From contig JAMOBD010000005.1 of NCBI GenBank assembly GCA_039908345.1, positions 14,273 to 78,272 of the forward strand: a stretch of 64,000 nucleotides of DNA, given 5' to 3'. Shown one piece after another: positions 30,829-39,887 of this stretch. Position numbers and translations under genes: made by a program. Within the stretch, counting starts at the first letter, position 1. Each line of letters starts with the position of its first letter. Below the pieces are notes generated by a model. It searched no databases. It was not told the origin of the DNA and was given only the letters and a program-made list of their open reading frames with translations. The DNA is from Magnetospirillum sp. WYHS-4 (GTDB taxonomy: Bacteria; Pseudomonadota; Alphaproteobacteria; Rhodospirillales; GLO-3).

Positions 30829-31320
30829 TTACCGCGGTTGCCAGGGGGGATGCCACTCCATGGTCCAGAGGTTCTTGCGAGCCTTGCGGGCGATTTCTTC
30901 GTCCGGCAGGTACTTGGCGGAATACCGTTGATCCGCCACGGCCCAGCCTTCGCGGACCATGAGGGCGTTGAGTTCCTTGCCGCCCACGAAGCATGTGGCG
31001 AGCAGCCGCCTGTCGGCGCCAAAAGAATCGCCGCGACAGATTACGGAACGCCCCTTGACCTGCTCCAGCAGGAAGGCCGCTGACGCCCGCCCGCAGTAGA
31101 AGTCTCGGCCGCTTTCGTGCCGACATATTTCCTCGGGACCCGGGGCGGCGATCCCATGCAGCGCCACCCGGGTGCCACCCTCGCAATGCCCCTTCCAGCG
31201 CTTGCCGTTGACCCAGAGGGTATCGCCGCTTTCGACACAGGCCGGGCCATCCTGGTCGGCCCGCACCGGCACGGCGATCACGACAAGTCCGGCGATCAAC
31301 AGAAGTCCCGGTATCCTCAT
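30829..31320 (-). CDS. Secreted thermonuclease (SNase-like) family protein
   Basis: Signal peptide MRIPGLLLIAGLVVIAVPVRA. LHGIAAPG..C, NALMVREGWA and a YxxxE...AR tail are typical of SNase homologs. Confidence 0.7.
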   Translation of the reverse strand: MRIPGLLLIAGLVVIAVPVRADQDGPACVESGDTLWVNGKRWKGHCEGGTRVALHGIAAPGPEEICRHESGRDFYCGRASAAFLLEQVKGRSVICRGDSFGADRRLLATCFVGGKELNALMVREGWAVADQRYSAKYLPDEEIARKARKNLWTMEWHPPWQPR

Positions 31321-31361
31321 GGCGGCCTCCATTCTCGATCCTGGCAGTTTACCACGGTTGC

Positions 31362-31393
31362 ACAAGAAAAGGGACCGGCCACAAGGCCGGTCC
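31362..31393 (-). terminator. Rho-independent-type terminator downstream of epmA
   Basis: A 9-bp perfect stem ggaccggcc / ggccggtcc with a 4-nt loop (31372-31393), followed on the minus strand by CTTTTCTTGT. Confidence 0.6.
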
Positions 31394-31505
31394 AGGGGAG
31401 AAGGGACTGAAAAGGGGAAGAACAGGTCATGTTATAGCGCCCTGCCAATGATCCCGCTGTGCCCGGCGTCACACCCAGGTCCTAACGGACGGCGGTCGTG
31501 CCGAT

Positions 31506-32546
31506 TCAGCCGGCCACCGGTGCCCAGAGAACCTCGTCGAGACTCTCCGCTCCGCATGCCAGCATGACCAGGCGATCGACTCCCAGAGCAATGCCGGCAC
31601 TTTCCGGCATCCCCCAGGCCAGGGCCGCCAGAAAATCCTCGTCGATGGGATAGCGGACGCCGTAAAGGCCCTCCTTCCTGTCCATGTCGGCGACGAAGCG
31701 GCATCGCTGTTGGGCCGCATCAGTCAGTTCGCCGAAGGCATTGGCCAGTTCCAGCCCCGCCACATACAGCTCGAAGCGTTCCGCCAGACGTGGGTCGTCC
31801 GGCTTGGGCCGCGACAGGGCAGCCATGGAAATCGGATAATCGTAGAGCAGGGTCGGCACGCCGTTCCCCAGATGGGGTTCGATGCGGTCCAGGAAGATGC
31901 GGAAGAACAGGTCTTCCCAAGTGTCCGTCGCGCCGGGTGCGATATCCAGGCGCCGCGCCTCGGCGGCCAGCAAGGCGGGAGCGGGAGATTCGGCGGGCCG
32001 CGCGGTGGCGAGCAGGTCGATTCCGCAGTACTCGCGGAAGGCATCGGCCACCGATTGGCGCCGCCAGGGACGGAAGGGATCGCAGATCGCATCGCCGCGG
32101 CGGAACTCCCGCGCTCCGGTCGCCTCTGCCACCGCCCGCAGCAGACCCTCGCAGTCGTCCATCAGGTCCGTATAGGCGGCCCCCGCCCGGTACCATTCGA
32201 GCATGACGAATTCAGGATGGTGCGTCGCGGAACGCTCCCCATTGCGGAAGCAGCGCGCCATCTGGAACAGGCGCGGCATCCCGGCCACCAGCAGCTTCTT
32301 CATGGCGAACTCGGGAGAGGTATGCAGCCAAAGCTCCGCCACATCGCCCGTGAAGGGCTCTTCCAGACGGGTGGAGAAGGCCTTGAGATGCGGCTCCAGA
32401 CCCGGCGAGACCTGCAGGCAAGGGGTTTCGACTTCCAGGAAATCGCGCTCCTCGAAGAAGCGGCGGATCGCCGCGACCGCCCGGCCGCGCCGGATCAGAT
32501 TGGCGCGCCGGGCGGCGAAGGCTTCCGGGTGCCACCAGCGCCGCAT
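31506..32546 (-). CDS. epmA: EF-P lysine-34 (R)-beta-lysine ligase (GenX/PoxA)
   Basis: A class-II LysRS-like catalytic core without an anticodon domain (FLEVETP, FRNGE.S..H.PEF.MLEWY, GIALGVDRLVML). Start taken at MRRWWHPE (32546). Confidence 0.85.
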   Translation of the reverse strand: MRRWWHPEAFAARRANLIRRGRAVAAIRRFFEERDFLEVETPCLQVSPGLEPHLKAFSTRLEEPFTGDVAELWLHTSPEFAMKKLLVAGMPRLFQMARCFRNGERSATHHPEFVMLEWYRAGAAYTDLMDDCEGLLRAVAEATGAREFRRGDAICDPFRPWRRQSVADAFREYCGIDLLATARPAESPAPALLAAEARRLDIAPGATDTWEDLFFRIFLDRIEPHLGNGVPTLLYDYPISMAALSRPKPDDPRLAERFELYVAGLELANAFGELTDAAQQRCRFVADMDRKEGLYGVRYPIDEDFLAALAWGMPESAGIALGVDRLVMLACGAESLDEVLWAPVAG

Positions 32547-32578
32547 GCCGTCTCCCCCTTGACGGGGGACCGCCCCCC

Positions 32579-33559
32579 GTGCTGCACCATGGGACCATGA
32601 CCGCATCGTTCCGGCAAGCCCCCTTCCCGGCCCGCATCGCTCCCGAATATCGGGCGCTGATGGGTGACGCCCCCAACGACCCCCTGGCCCGCCAAGTCGT
32701 CCCCTCGCCCGAGGAACTGGCACCGCAGCCGGAAGATCGCATCGATCCCATCGGCGATACCGCCCACTCGCCCTTGGAGGGCTTGGTCCACCGTCATCCC
32801 GACCGGGTCCTGCTCAAGCCCACGCTGGCCTGCCCGATTCACTGCCGATTCTGCTTCCGCCGCGACCAGGTGGGACGGGGCGGGACGCTCAAGCCGGCGG
32901 CCCTGGCCGCCGCGCTGGATTACATCCGCGTCCATCCGGAGATTCGCGAGGTCATCCTGACCGGCGGCGATCCCCTCATGCTTTCGCCGGCACGGCTGGA
33001 GAGATTGACCCGCGATCTGAGCATGATCGACCACCTGAAGTGGCTTCGCGTCCACAGCCGGGTGCCCGTCGCCATGCCGTCGCGCATCGCGGCGGCGGCA
33101 GTGCGTGCGTTGAAGGCCGGACGGCTGGCGACTTGGGTGGCCGTGCACTGCAACCACCCCCGCGAGCTTTCTCCTGCCGCCCTTGCCGCCCTGGGACGCC
33201 TGGCCGATGCCGGCATCCCCCTGGTTTCCCAGACCGTGCTGCTGAAGGGGGTGAACGACGACGTCGCGGTCCTGGCCGAGTTGATGGAGTCCCTGTTGGC
33301 GGCGCGAGTGAAGCCCTACTACCTGCATCACGGCGACTTGGTGCCCGGTGCCGCCCATTTCCGGGTATCTCTGCCCGAGGGGATTGCCCTGGCCGCCGAG
33401 TTACGGCGGAGGGTCTCGGGCCTGGCTCTGCCAACCTATGTGCTCGACATCCCCGGCGGTTTCGGCAAGGTCCCGGTCGGTCCCTCCTACCTGGAGGATG
33501 GCGGAGCCGCGGTGCTCGATCCGCAAGGACGGCGACACGCCTATCCTGTGGAATCTTGA
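32579..33559 (+). CDS. epmB: Lysine 2,3-aminomutase-like radical SAM enzyme (EF-P beta-lysylation)
   Basis: CPIHCRFCFRR radical-SAM motif and ILTGGDPL. Divergent from epmA. GTG 32579 or ATG 32597 could be the start. Confidence 0.85.
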   Translation: MLHHGTMTASFRQAPFPARIAPEYRALMGDAPNDPLARQVVPSPEELAPQPEDRIDPIGDTAHSPLEGLVHRHPDRVLLKPTLACPIHCRFCFRRDQVGRGGTLKPAALAAALDYIRVHPEIREVILTGGDPLMLSPARLERLTRDLSMIDHLKWLRVHSRVPVAMPSRIAAAAVRALKAGRLATWVAVHCNHPRELSPAALAALGRLADAGIPLVSQTVLLKGVNDDVAVLAELMESLLAARVKPYYLHHGDLVPGAAHFRVSLPEGIALAAELRRRVSGLALPTYVLDIPGGFGKVPVGPSYLEDGGAAVLDPQGRRHAYPVES

Positions 33560-33634
33560 CCCCGGCCAAGTCGGAATCGCCGATCCGGTGTAGACTTCGG
33601 TGAAAATCGTCCAACGAGGATGGGAGAAGCCACG

Positions 33635-33994
33635 ATGCGCGAATTCGACCTGGATATCGGCCTGGCCTGCGAAATGGTCCGCGTGCTGGGAGCCGCCGGG
33701 ATGGAGGACAAGGAGCAGGTCAAGACGCCGGAGGCGGCCGTCAAGGTGCTGCGCGAGCGGGCCCGCCCGGCGATCAGCGCCGAATACGGAGTCACCGAGC
33801 AACATGCCGTCGAATCGCTGGCCCTGCAGATCTTCTTTTCCGTCTTCTGGGGCGAGAAGCTGGACCTGCACTGTGCCGAGGGCGGCAAGGTGCTGGCGGC
33901 GACCATCGAAAGCCACCATTGCACGGAGACCCCCTGCTGCGGCCCCCTGCCCGTCTGGAAGGACCTGGCCTTCCCTCATGCCCATCACAACTGA
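33635..33994 (+). CDS. Hypothetical protein with a His/Cys-rich C-terminus
   Basis: 119 aa from MREFDLD. Third codon positions are strongly G/C by inspection. GGGAGAAG lies upstream. Tail HCAEGG...HHCTETPCCGPLPVW..FPHAHHN. I did not recognise a family. Confidence 0.5.
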   Translation: MREFDLDIGLACEMVRVLGAAGMEDKEQVKTPEAAVKVLRERARPAISAEYGVTEQHAVESLALQIFFSVFWGEKLDLHCAEGGKVLAATIESHHCTETPCCGPLPVWKDLAFPHAHHN

Positions 33995-34013
33995 TCGCCG
34001 GGCTCCGACGGGA

Positions 34014-34400
34014 TCAGACGAACAGCGTATTCCCCCCCGGCGGGCAGCCGTTGAGAAAGGTGACCACGCCGCCGATTTCGATGGGCAGGTCGTCGCGCAG
34101 TTCGCTCCGGTCCATGCCGATGGCCTTCAGGCCCATCTCGCAGACCAGAAAGCCGACCCCCATGGCCCGGCAGGCCTCCAGTAGTTCCTCGAAGGCGGCG
34201 ATGCCCTTGGCGCGACAGGCGGCGTCGAAATCGGCCCACGAAGCGGCGCGGCTTAACCGCCGACAGGCCTCCATGGTAAAGAACAGGGTCACCGGGATGT
34301 CGATGGCCGCCGCGCCCGAAGCCAGCACCAGGGCGTAGTGGACCTTTTCCGCTTCGCCCGAGAAGACCACCAAGCTAAGCTTTTCCGGCCGGTCAGACAT
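34014..34400 (-). CDS. DsrE/DsrF-like sulfur-relay family protein (COG2210-like)
   Basis: 128 aa. KLSLVVFSGEAEKVHYALVLASGAAA..VTLFFTMEA and FLVCEMG are typical of the DsrE-like fold. It overlaps the moeB stop by 8 nt. Confidence 0.65.
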   Translation of the reverse strand: MSDRPEKLSLVVFSGEAEKVHYALVLASGAAAIDIPVTLFFTMEACRRLSRAASWADFDAACRAKGIAAFEELLEACRAMGVGFLVCEMGLKAIGMDRSELRDDLPIEIGGVVTFLNGCPPGGNTLFV

Positions 34401-35187
34401 GGACCGAGAGGTCCCGGATGGTCGGATGCTCGCCGCAGAGCGGGCAGCCCGGATCGCGCTTGAGCCGGATCTTGCGGAAGGTGCCGCCCAGGCCGTCGTG
34501 CATCAAGAGCCAGCCCGCCATCGTGGAGCCGATGCCCAGCAGCTCCTTCAATATCTCGGTGGCCTGCAGGGAGCCGATCACCCCGCACATGGCCCCCAGC
34601 ACCCCGGCTTCGGCGCAGGACGGAATCTGGCCGGGCGGCGGCGGCTCGCGATAGAGGCAGCGGTAGCAGGGCCGGTTCTCGCCCGGTTCGTGGGCCTTGA
34701 AGGTGGCGACCTGGCCGTCGAAGCGCAGGATGGCGCCCGAAACCAGGGTCTTCCGGCCGAAATAGCAGGCGTCGTTGATCAGGAAGCGGGTCTTGAAGTT
34801 GTCGCTGCCGTCGGCCACCAGGTCGAACCCGGAAAAGACTTCGGCTGCATTGGCGGCGGTCAGGCGCTCCGGGAAGGCGATCAGCTTCACGTCCGGATTG
34901 ATCGCCGCCAGGGAGATGCGCGCACTTTCCACCTTGGCCATGCCGACCCGGTCGGTGGCGTGGACGATCTGGCGCTGCAGATTGGACAGGTCGACGGTAT
35001 CGTGGTCGATCACCCCGAGGGTTCCCACCCCGGCCGCCGCCAAATAGAGCAGCAAGGGAGACCCCAGGCCGCCCGCCCCGACCACCAGGACCCGCGCCGC
35101 CAGAAGCGTCGCCTGCCCCTGGCCCCCCACTTCCCGGAGCAGGATGTGGCGGGCATAGCGGCGGACTTGGCTGTCGCTGAAGTCCAT
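34393..35187 (-). CDS. moeB: ThiF/MoeB-family adenylyltransferase (no rhodanese domain)
   Basis: RYARHILL..VGGQGQ, VVGAGGLGS and two CxxC pairs (CYRC, CPLC). Confidence 0.85.
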   Translation of the reverse strand: MDFSDSQVRRYARHILLREVGGQGQATLLAARVLVVGAGGLGSPLLLYLAAAGVGTLGVIDHDTVDLSNLQRQIVHATDRVGMAKVESARISLAAINPDVKLIAFPERLTAANAAEVFSGFDLVADGSDNFKTRFLINDACYFGRKTLVSGAILRFDGQVATFKAHEPGENRPCYRCLYREPPPPGQIPSCAEAGVLGAMCGVIGSLQATEILKELLGIGSTMAGWLLMHDGLGGTFRKIRLKRDPGCPLCGEHPTIRDLSVHV

Positions 35188-35190
35188 GGA

Positions 35191-36183
35191 TCAGTCGAGG
35201 CCGAGGTTGTCGAACAGCGCCGTGGACAGATAGCGTTCGGCGAAGGAAGGCAGGATGACCACGATGGTCTTGCCCGCCATCGCGGGACGGTCGCCGATCT
35301 CGAGCGCCGCCGCCAGCGCCGCGCCGGACGAGATGCCGACCGGAATGCCTTCCAGCCGCGCCACCTTGCGCGCCGTGGCGAAGGCGGTCTCGTTGCCGAT
35401 CTTGACCACCTCGTCCACGTACTTGGTGTCCAGCACGCCGGGGACGAATCCGGCGCCGATGCCCTGGATCTTGTGGGGGCCCGGCACGCCGCCCGACAGC
35501 ACGGCGCTGTCTTCCGGTTCCACCGCCACCATCATGACCTTGGGGTTGCGGGGCTTGAGGCCCAGGGCGATGCCGGTGAGCGTGCCGCCCGTGCCGACGC
35601 CGCTGATGACCGCATCGACCTTGCCGCCGGTGTCGATCCAGATTTCCTCGGCCGTGGTGATCTTGTGGATCGCCGGGTTGGCCGGGTTCTCGAACTGCTG
35701 CAGCACGTGGGCACCGGGGATTTCCTTGGCCAATTCTTCGGCACGCGCCACGGCGCCGGCCATGCCGCGGGCGGCCGGGGTCAGTTCGATGCGGGCGCCC
35801 AGCAAGGCCAGCATCTTGCGCCGTTCCACCGACATGCTTTCCGGCATGGTGAGGATCAGCGGGTAGCCGCGCGCCGCGCAGACGAAGGCCAGCGCGATGC
35901 CGGTATTGCCCGATGTCGGCTCGATCAGGGTGGCGCCCGGCTTGATGAGGCCCTGTTGCTCGGCCGCCTCGATCATGGCGAAGCCGATACGGTCCTTCAC
36001 CGAATGAAGCGGATTGAAGAACTCGCACTTGGCGAGGATCTCGGCCTTGCAGCCGGCCTCCCGGGCGAAACGCCCCAGGCGGATCAGCGGCGTGGCGCCC
36101 ACCGTGTCGACGATGCTGTCGTAGACGCGGCCGCGGGCCAGGGGCGGAACCGAGAAATTGGGGGAAGCAGTATTCTTGCTCAT
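35191..36183 (-). CDS. cysK: Cysteine synthase (O-acetylserine sulfhydrylase)
   Basis: PLP lysine in [21 protein letters not shown], and [10 protein letters not shown]. Confidence 0.9.
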   Translation of the reverse strand: MSKNTASPNFSVPPLARGRVYDSIVDTVGATPLIRLGRFAREAGCKAEILAKCEFFNPLHSVKDRIGFAMIEAAEQQGLIKPGATLIEPTSGNTGIALAFVCAARGYPLILTMPESMSVERRKMLALLGARIELTPAARGMAGAVARAEELAKEIPGAHVLQQFENPANPAIHKITTAEEIWIDTGGKVDAVISGVGTGGTLTGIALGLKPRNPKVMMVAVEPEDSAVLSGGVPGPHKIQGIGAGFVPGVLDTKYVDEVVKIGNETAFATARKVARLEGIPVGISSGAALAAALEIGDRPAMAGKTIVVILPSFAERYLSTALFDNLGLD

Positions 36184-36205
36184 GGCGGCGACGATCCCCT
36201 AAAGG

Positions 36206-36661
36206 TCAAATGGAAAAATCGAGATTCTTGCGGCCTTCGCTGACGATGCCGGCCTCGTTGGCCTTGAGGCAGAGATCGTCGATGGAAATGGCGTCCAGGC
36301 GGCGGATCACTTCGTCCTGCAACTCCATCCAAAGCGGACGCACCACCAAGCGCCCCAGGTCGGAACCGGCCGGATCCTCGATGGGGTTGTCGGCGGTCTC
36401 CATCTTGCGCACCACCCGGACCACGTCCCCGACCGAAATGCGGCGGCGTTCGCGCGCCAGGCGGTAGCCGCCGCGCGGTCCCCGCACCCCGATCAGGATG
36501 CCTTGGCGCACCAGTTGCTGGAGCGCCTGTTCCAGGTAGCGCCGGGGAATACCCTGCCGGCGGGTGATCTCGCGGCTCTGCACCGGCTCGGCGCCGGCAT
36601 GGTAGGCGATGTCCAGCACCGCCTCGATGGCGAACAGCATCTTCTTCGACAAGCGCAGCAT
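36206..36661 (-). CDS. Rrf2-family transcriptional regulator lacking the Fe-S ligand cysteines (CymR-like)
   Basis: MLRLSKKMLFAIEAVLDIAY winged-helix N-terminus. It has only one Cys, so no CX5-6CX5-6C cluster motif. Located 22 nt upstream of cysK. Confidence 0.8.
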   Translation of the reverse strand: MLRLSKKMLFAIEAVLDIAYHAGAEPVQSREITRRQGIPRRYLEQALQQLVRQGILIGVRGPRGGYRLARERRRISVGDVVRVVRKMETADNPIEDPAGSDLGRLVVRPLWMELQDEVIRRLDAISIDDLCLKANEAGIVSEGRKNLDFSI

Positions 36662-36665
36662 GGCC

Positions 36666-37130
36666 TCAATCTCCCGTTGTCTGCACTCCCGTGGAACCGA
36701 AACCTCCGGTCCCGCGTTCGGTTTCGGGCAGGGACTCGCTCTCCGCCCACTGAATGGATAAGACTGGCGCCACCACGAGCTGGGCGATGCGCATGCCGCG
36801 TTCGACGCGGAAGGGCACCTTGCCGTGGTTGACCAGGATGACTCCGATCTCGCCCCGGTAGTCGGCGTCGATGGTGCCGGGGCTGTTGAGCACCGCGACC
36901 CCGTGCTTGGCGGCCAAGCCCGAACGCGAGCGGACCTGGGCCTCGTAACCTTCGGGCAGGGCGATGGCGATGCCGGTGGGGATGACGGCGCGCACGCGCG
37001 GCTCCAGCAGGACCGCCTGGGGCACGGCGGCCAGCAGGTCGACCCCGGCGCTCAAGGGCGTCGCATGGGAAGGCAGCGGCAGGTCCTGCGCATGGGCAAG
37101 GCGGGTGACGGCGACGGACAGGGTCTTCAC
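36666..37130 (-). CDS. dut: dUTP diphosphatase
   Basis: SAGVDL, RSRSGLA, and [10 protein letters not shown]. The GTG start at 37130 overlaps the coaBC stop (GTGA). Confidence 0.9.
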   Translation of the reverse strand: MKTLSVAVTRLAHAQDLPLPSHATPLSAGVDLLAAVPQAVLLEPRVRAVIPTGIAIALPEGYEAQVRSRSGLAAKHGVAVLNSPGTIDADYRGEIGVILVNHGKVPFRVERGMRIAQLVVAPVLSIQWAESESLPETERGTGGFGSTGVQTTGD

Positions 37131-38335
37131 GACACGGCCTCCAGGGCATCGGCGATGCGTTCGGCCAACCGTTCCGCGACCTGTTCCTTGAGCTGGCGAG
37201 GCCAGTCCTCGCAGCCCTGGGCCGTCACCAGATGCACGGCATTCTCCGCTCCGCCGAAAGTGCCGGCGGCCGGGGAGACGTCGTTGGCGACGATCCAGTC
37301 GCAGCCCTTGGCGGCGCGCTTCGCGGCCGCGTTGGCAACCACGGATTCGGTCTCGGCGGCAAAGCCCACCACCAAGCGCGGCCGGCGGTTGCCGGCACCC
37401 GCCAGCATCGCCAGGATGTCGGGGTTGGCGACGAGCGACAGAGTGGGCGGAGCCTTGCCGGCCTGCTTTTTCAGCTTGCCCGGCGCCACTTCGGCGGCGC
37501 GCCAGTCGGCGACCGCGGCGGCGCAGACGGCCACGTCGGCGGGCAAGGCGGATTCGCAGGCAGCCAGCATCTCGCGGGCCGATTCCACATGGACTACGGC
37601 CACGCCGGCCGGATCGGGCAGGGCGGTCGGACCGGAAACCAGGACGGTGTCCGCCCCCAGGCGGGCAAGGGCGCCGGCGATGGCATGGCCCTGGCGGCCC
37701 GACGACCGGTTGCCGATGAAGCGCACGGGGTCCAGGGCCTCGAAGGTGGGGCCGCTGGTCACCAGGGCCCTGCGGCCCCTGAGCCGTCCGGCCCGGCGGA
37801 AGACATCGGCGACGGCCTCGGCGATCTCCGAAGGCTCGGCCATGCGGCCCTCGCCGGCTTCCCCGCAGGCGGTCTCCCCCGTGGCGGGGCCGATGCGGCG
37901 CACGCCCCGCCCTTCCAGAATCGCCCAGTTGGCGCGGGTGGCGGGATGGTCCCACATGGCGGGGTTCATGGCGGGGCAGACAAGAACGGGCGCCCGCGTG
38001 GCCAGCAAGACGGTCGAGGCCAGATCGTCGGCCAGCCCGGCGGCCATCTTGGCCAGCAGATTCGCGGTGGCGGGGGCGATCAGAACCAGATCGGCTTCCC
38101 GCGCCAAGCGGATGTGGCCCATTTCCTGTTCGTCCGTCAGGGAAAACAGGTCGCGGTAGACCTTTGCGCCGCTTACCGTGCCCAGGGCCAAGGGCGCCAC
38201 GAACTCGGCTGCCGCGGCCGTCAAGACGCATGTCACCCGAGCCCCCCGCTCGCGCAGGCGCCGCACCAGGTCGGGAGCCTTATAGGCGGCGATCCCCCCT
38301 GAAACGATCAAAAGAATCTTATTGCCTTCGCACAC
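37127..38335 (-). CDS. coaBC: Bifunctional phosphopantothenoylcysteine decarboxylase / phosphopantothenate-cysteine ligase
   Basis: [21 protein letters not shown] and VTSGPT. The ORF is open to 38386, but an AT-rich 5' part suggests a GTG start near 38335, so the start is uncertain. Confidence 0.85.
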   Translation of the reverse strand: MCEGNKILLIVSGGIAAYKAPDLVRRLRERGARVTCVLTAAAAEFVAPLALGTVSGAKVYRDLFSLTDEQEMGHIRLAREADLVLIAPATANLLAKMAAGLADDLASTVLLATRAPVLVCPAMNPAMWDHPATRANWAILEGRGVRRIGPATGETACGEAGEGRMAEPSEIAEAVADVFRRAGRLRGRRALVTSGPTFEALDPVRFIGNRSSGRQGHAIAGALARLGADTVLVSGPTALPDPAGVAVVHVESAREMLAACESALPADVAVCAAAVADWRAAEVAPGKLKKQAGKAPPTLSLVANPDILAMLAGAGNRRPRLVVGFAAETESVVANAAAKRAAKGCDWIVANDVSPAAGTFGGAENAVHLVTAQGCEDWPRQLKEQVAERLAERIADALEAVS

Positions 38336-38455
38336 GGGGCTTCTCGAATGTGATTTACGTACATGCACTGTGTTTAGGTAAAACACGGCGCACGCATGTA
38401 CACAAGCCTTTTTTGCGTGACGATTAGGGGAAATTGATGTGGGGACGAAAATGCT

Positions 38456-39061
38456 CTAAAACTCGATCCCGGGCTGGGCCTTGATGCCCTCGCGGAAGGG
38501 GTGCTTGACCAGGGTCATTTCGGTGACGAGGTCTGCGGCGGCGATCAGTTCCTCCTTCGCGCCGCGTCCCGTCGCCACCACGTGGGTGGCCGCAGGCCGG
38601 GCGACGAGGACGGCCAGCACTTCGGCCAAGTCCAGGTAGCCGTAGCGTAGCGCGACGTTGATCTCGTCCAGGATCACCAGGCGGAAGGCGGGATCGGCGA
38701 TCATCGCCGCGGCTTCCTCCCAGGCCCGCCGGGTGGCGGCGATATCGCGCTCCTTGTCCTGGGTTTCCCAGGTGAAGCCCTCGCCCAGCGCCCGGACCGC
38801 GACCTGATCGCCGAAAGCCGCCAAGGCCTTGCGTTCGGCCGAATCGCGGGCGCCTTTGATGAACTGCACGAGGCCTACCTTGAAGCCGTGGCCCAAGGCA
38901 CGGAGCGCCATGCCGAGCGCCGCCGTGGTCTTGCCCTTGCCGGGCCCGGTATGGACGATCAGCAGACCCTTTTCCCGATCGATGCGGGCCATCAGGCGTT
39001 CGCGTGCCGCCTTCTTGCGGGCCATCTTCCGGCGATGGGGATCGGGGGCGCTTTCGGTCAT
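38456..39061 (-). CDS. cobO: Cob(I)yrinic acid a,c-diamide adenosyltransferase
   Basis: P-loop HTGPGKGKTTAALG, LVILDE and VATGRGA. Located 32 nt downstream of sdhB. Confidence 0.85.
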   Translation of the reverse strand: MTESAPDPHRRKMARKKAARERLMARIDREKGLLIVHTGPGKGKTTAALGMALRALGHGFKVGLVQFIKGARDSAERKALAAFGDQVAVRALGEGFTWETQDKERDIAATRRAWEEAAAMIADPAFRLVILDEINVALRYGYLDLAEVLAVLVARPAATHVVATGRGAKEELIAAADLVTEMTLVKHPFREGIKAQPGIEF

Positions 39062-39093
39062 GGCGCGACCATGCCCGGAAGCGAGCCCGCCGT

Positions 39094-39873
39094 CTACCTC
39101 TGGCGTCGCACCAGGGCCGACTTGATTTCGGCGATCGCCTTGCCTGGGTTGAGCCCCTTGGGACAGGTGTTGGTGCAGTTCATGATCGTATGGCAGCGAT
39201 AAAGCCGGAACGGATCGTCCAGGTCGTCCAGGCGGTGGCCGGTCGCCTCGTCGCGGGAATCCGCGATCCAGCGGTAGGCCTGCAACAGGATGGCCGGCCC
39301 CAGGTAGCCGTTCTCGCCGTTCCACCAGTAGCTGGGGCAACTGGTCTGGCAGCAGAAGCAGAGGATGCATTCCCAGAGACCGTCCAGCATCGCCCGTTCG
39401 TCGGGCGTCTGCAGCCGCTCGCCGCCCGGCACCGGCGATTCCGCCTGCAGCCAGGGCTTGATGGACCGCAACTGGGCATAGGGAACCGACAGGTCGGGCA
39501 CCAAGTCCTTGACGACCGGCATGTGGGGCAGCGGATAGATCTTCACGTCGCCCTCGATCTCGGCGATGGGCTTGGTGCAGGCCAGCGTGTTGGTGCCGTC
39601 GATGTTGAAGGCGCAGGACCCGCAGACCCCTTCGCGGCAGGACCGCCGGAAGGTGAGCGTGGGGTCGATCTCGTTCTTGATCTTGATAAGCGCGTCCAGA
39701 ACCATCGGCCCGCAGGAATCGAGATCGATATGGAAGGTGTCCAGGCGCGGGTTATGGCCGCTGTCGGGATCGAAGCGGTAGATCAGGAACTTCCGGACCC
39801 GGCCACCGACCGGAATGGGATGCACCTTGCCCGGAATGATCCTGGAATTGGTGGGGAGCGTGAATTCGACCAT
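39094..39873 (-). CDS. sdhB: Succinate dehydrogenase iron-sulfur subunit
   Basis: [21 protein letters not shown] and [13 protein letters not shown] clusters. Confidence 0.95.
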   Translation of the reverse strand: MVEFTLPTNSRIIPGKVHPIPVGGRVRKFLIYRFDPDSGHNPRLDTFHIDLDSCGPMVLDALIKIKNEIDPTLTFRRSCREGVCGSCAFNIDGTNTLACTKPIAEIEGDVKIYPLPHMPVVKDLVPDLSVPYAQLRSIKPWLQAESPVPGGERLQTPDERAMLDGLWECILCFCCQTSCPSYWWNGENGYLGPAILLQAYRWIADSRDEATGHRLDDLDDPFRLYRCHTIMNCTNTCPKGLNPGKAIAEIKSALVRRQR

Positions 39874-39887
39874 GGTCCGGACTCTCC

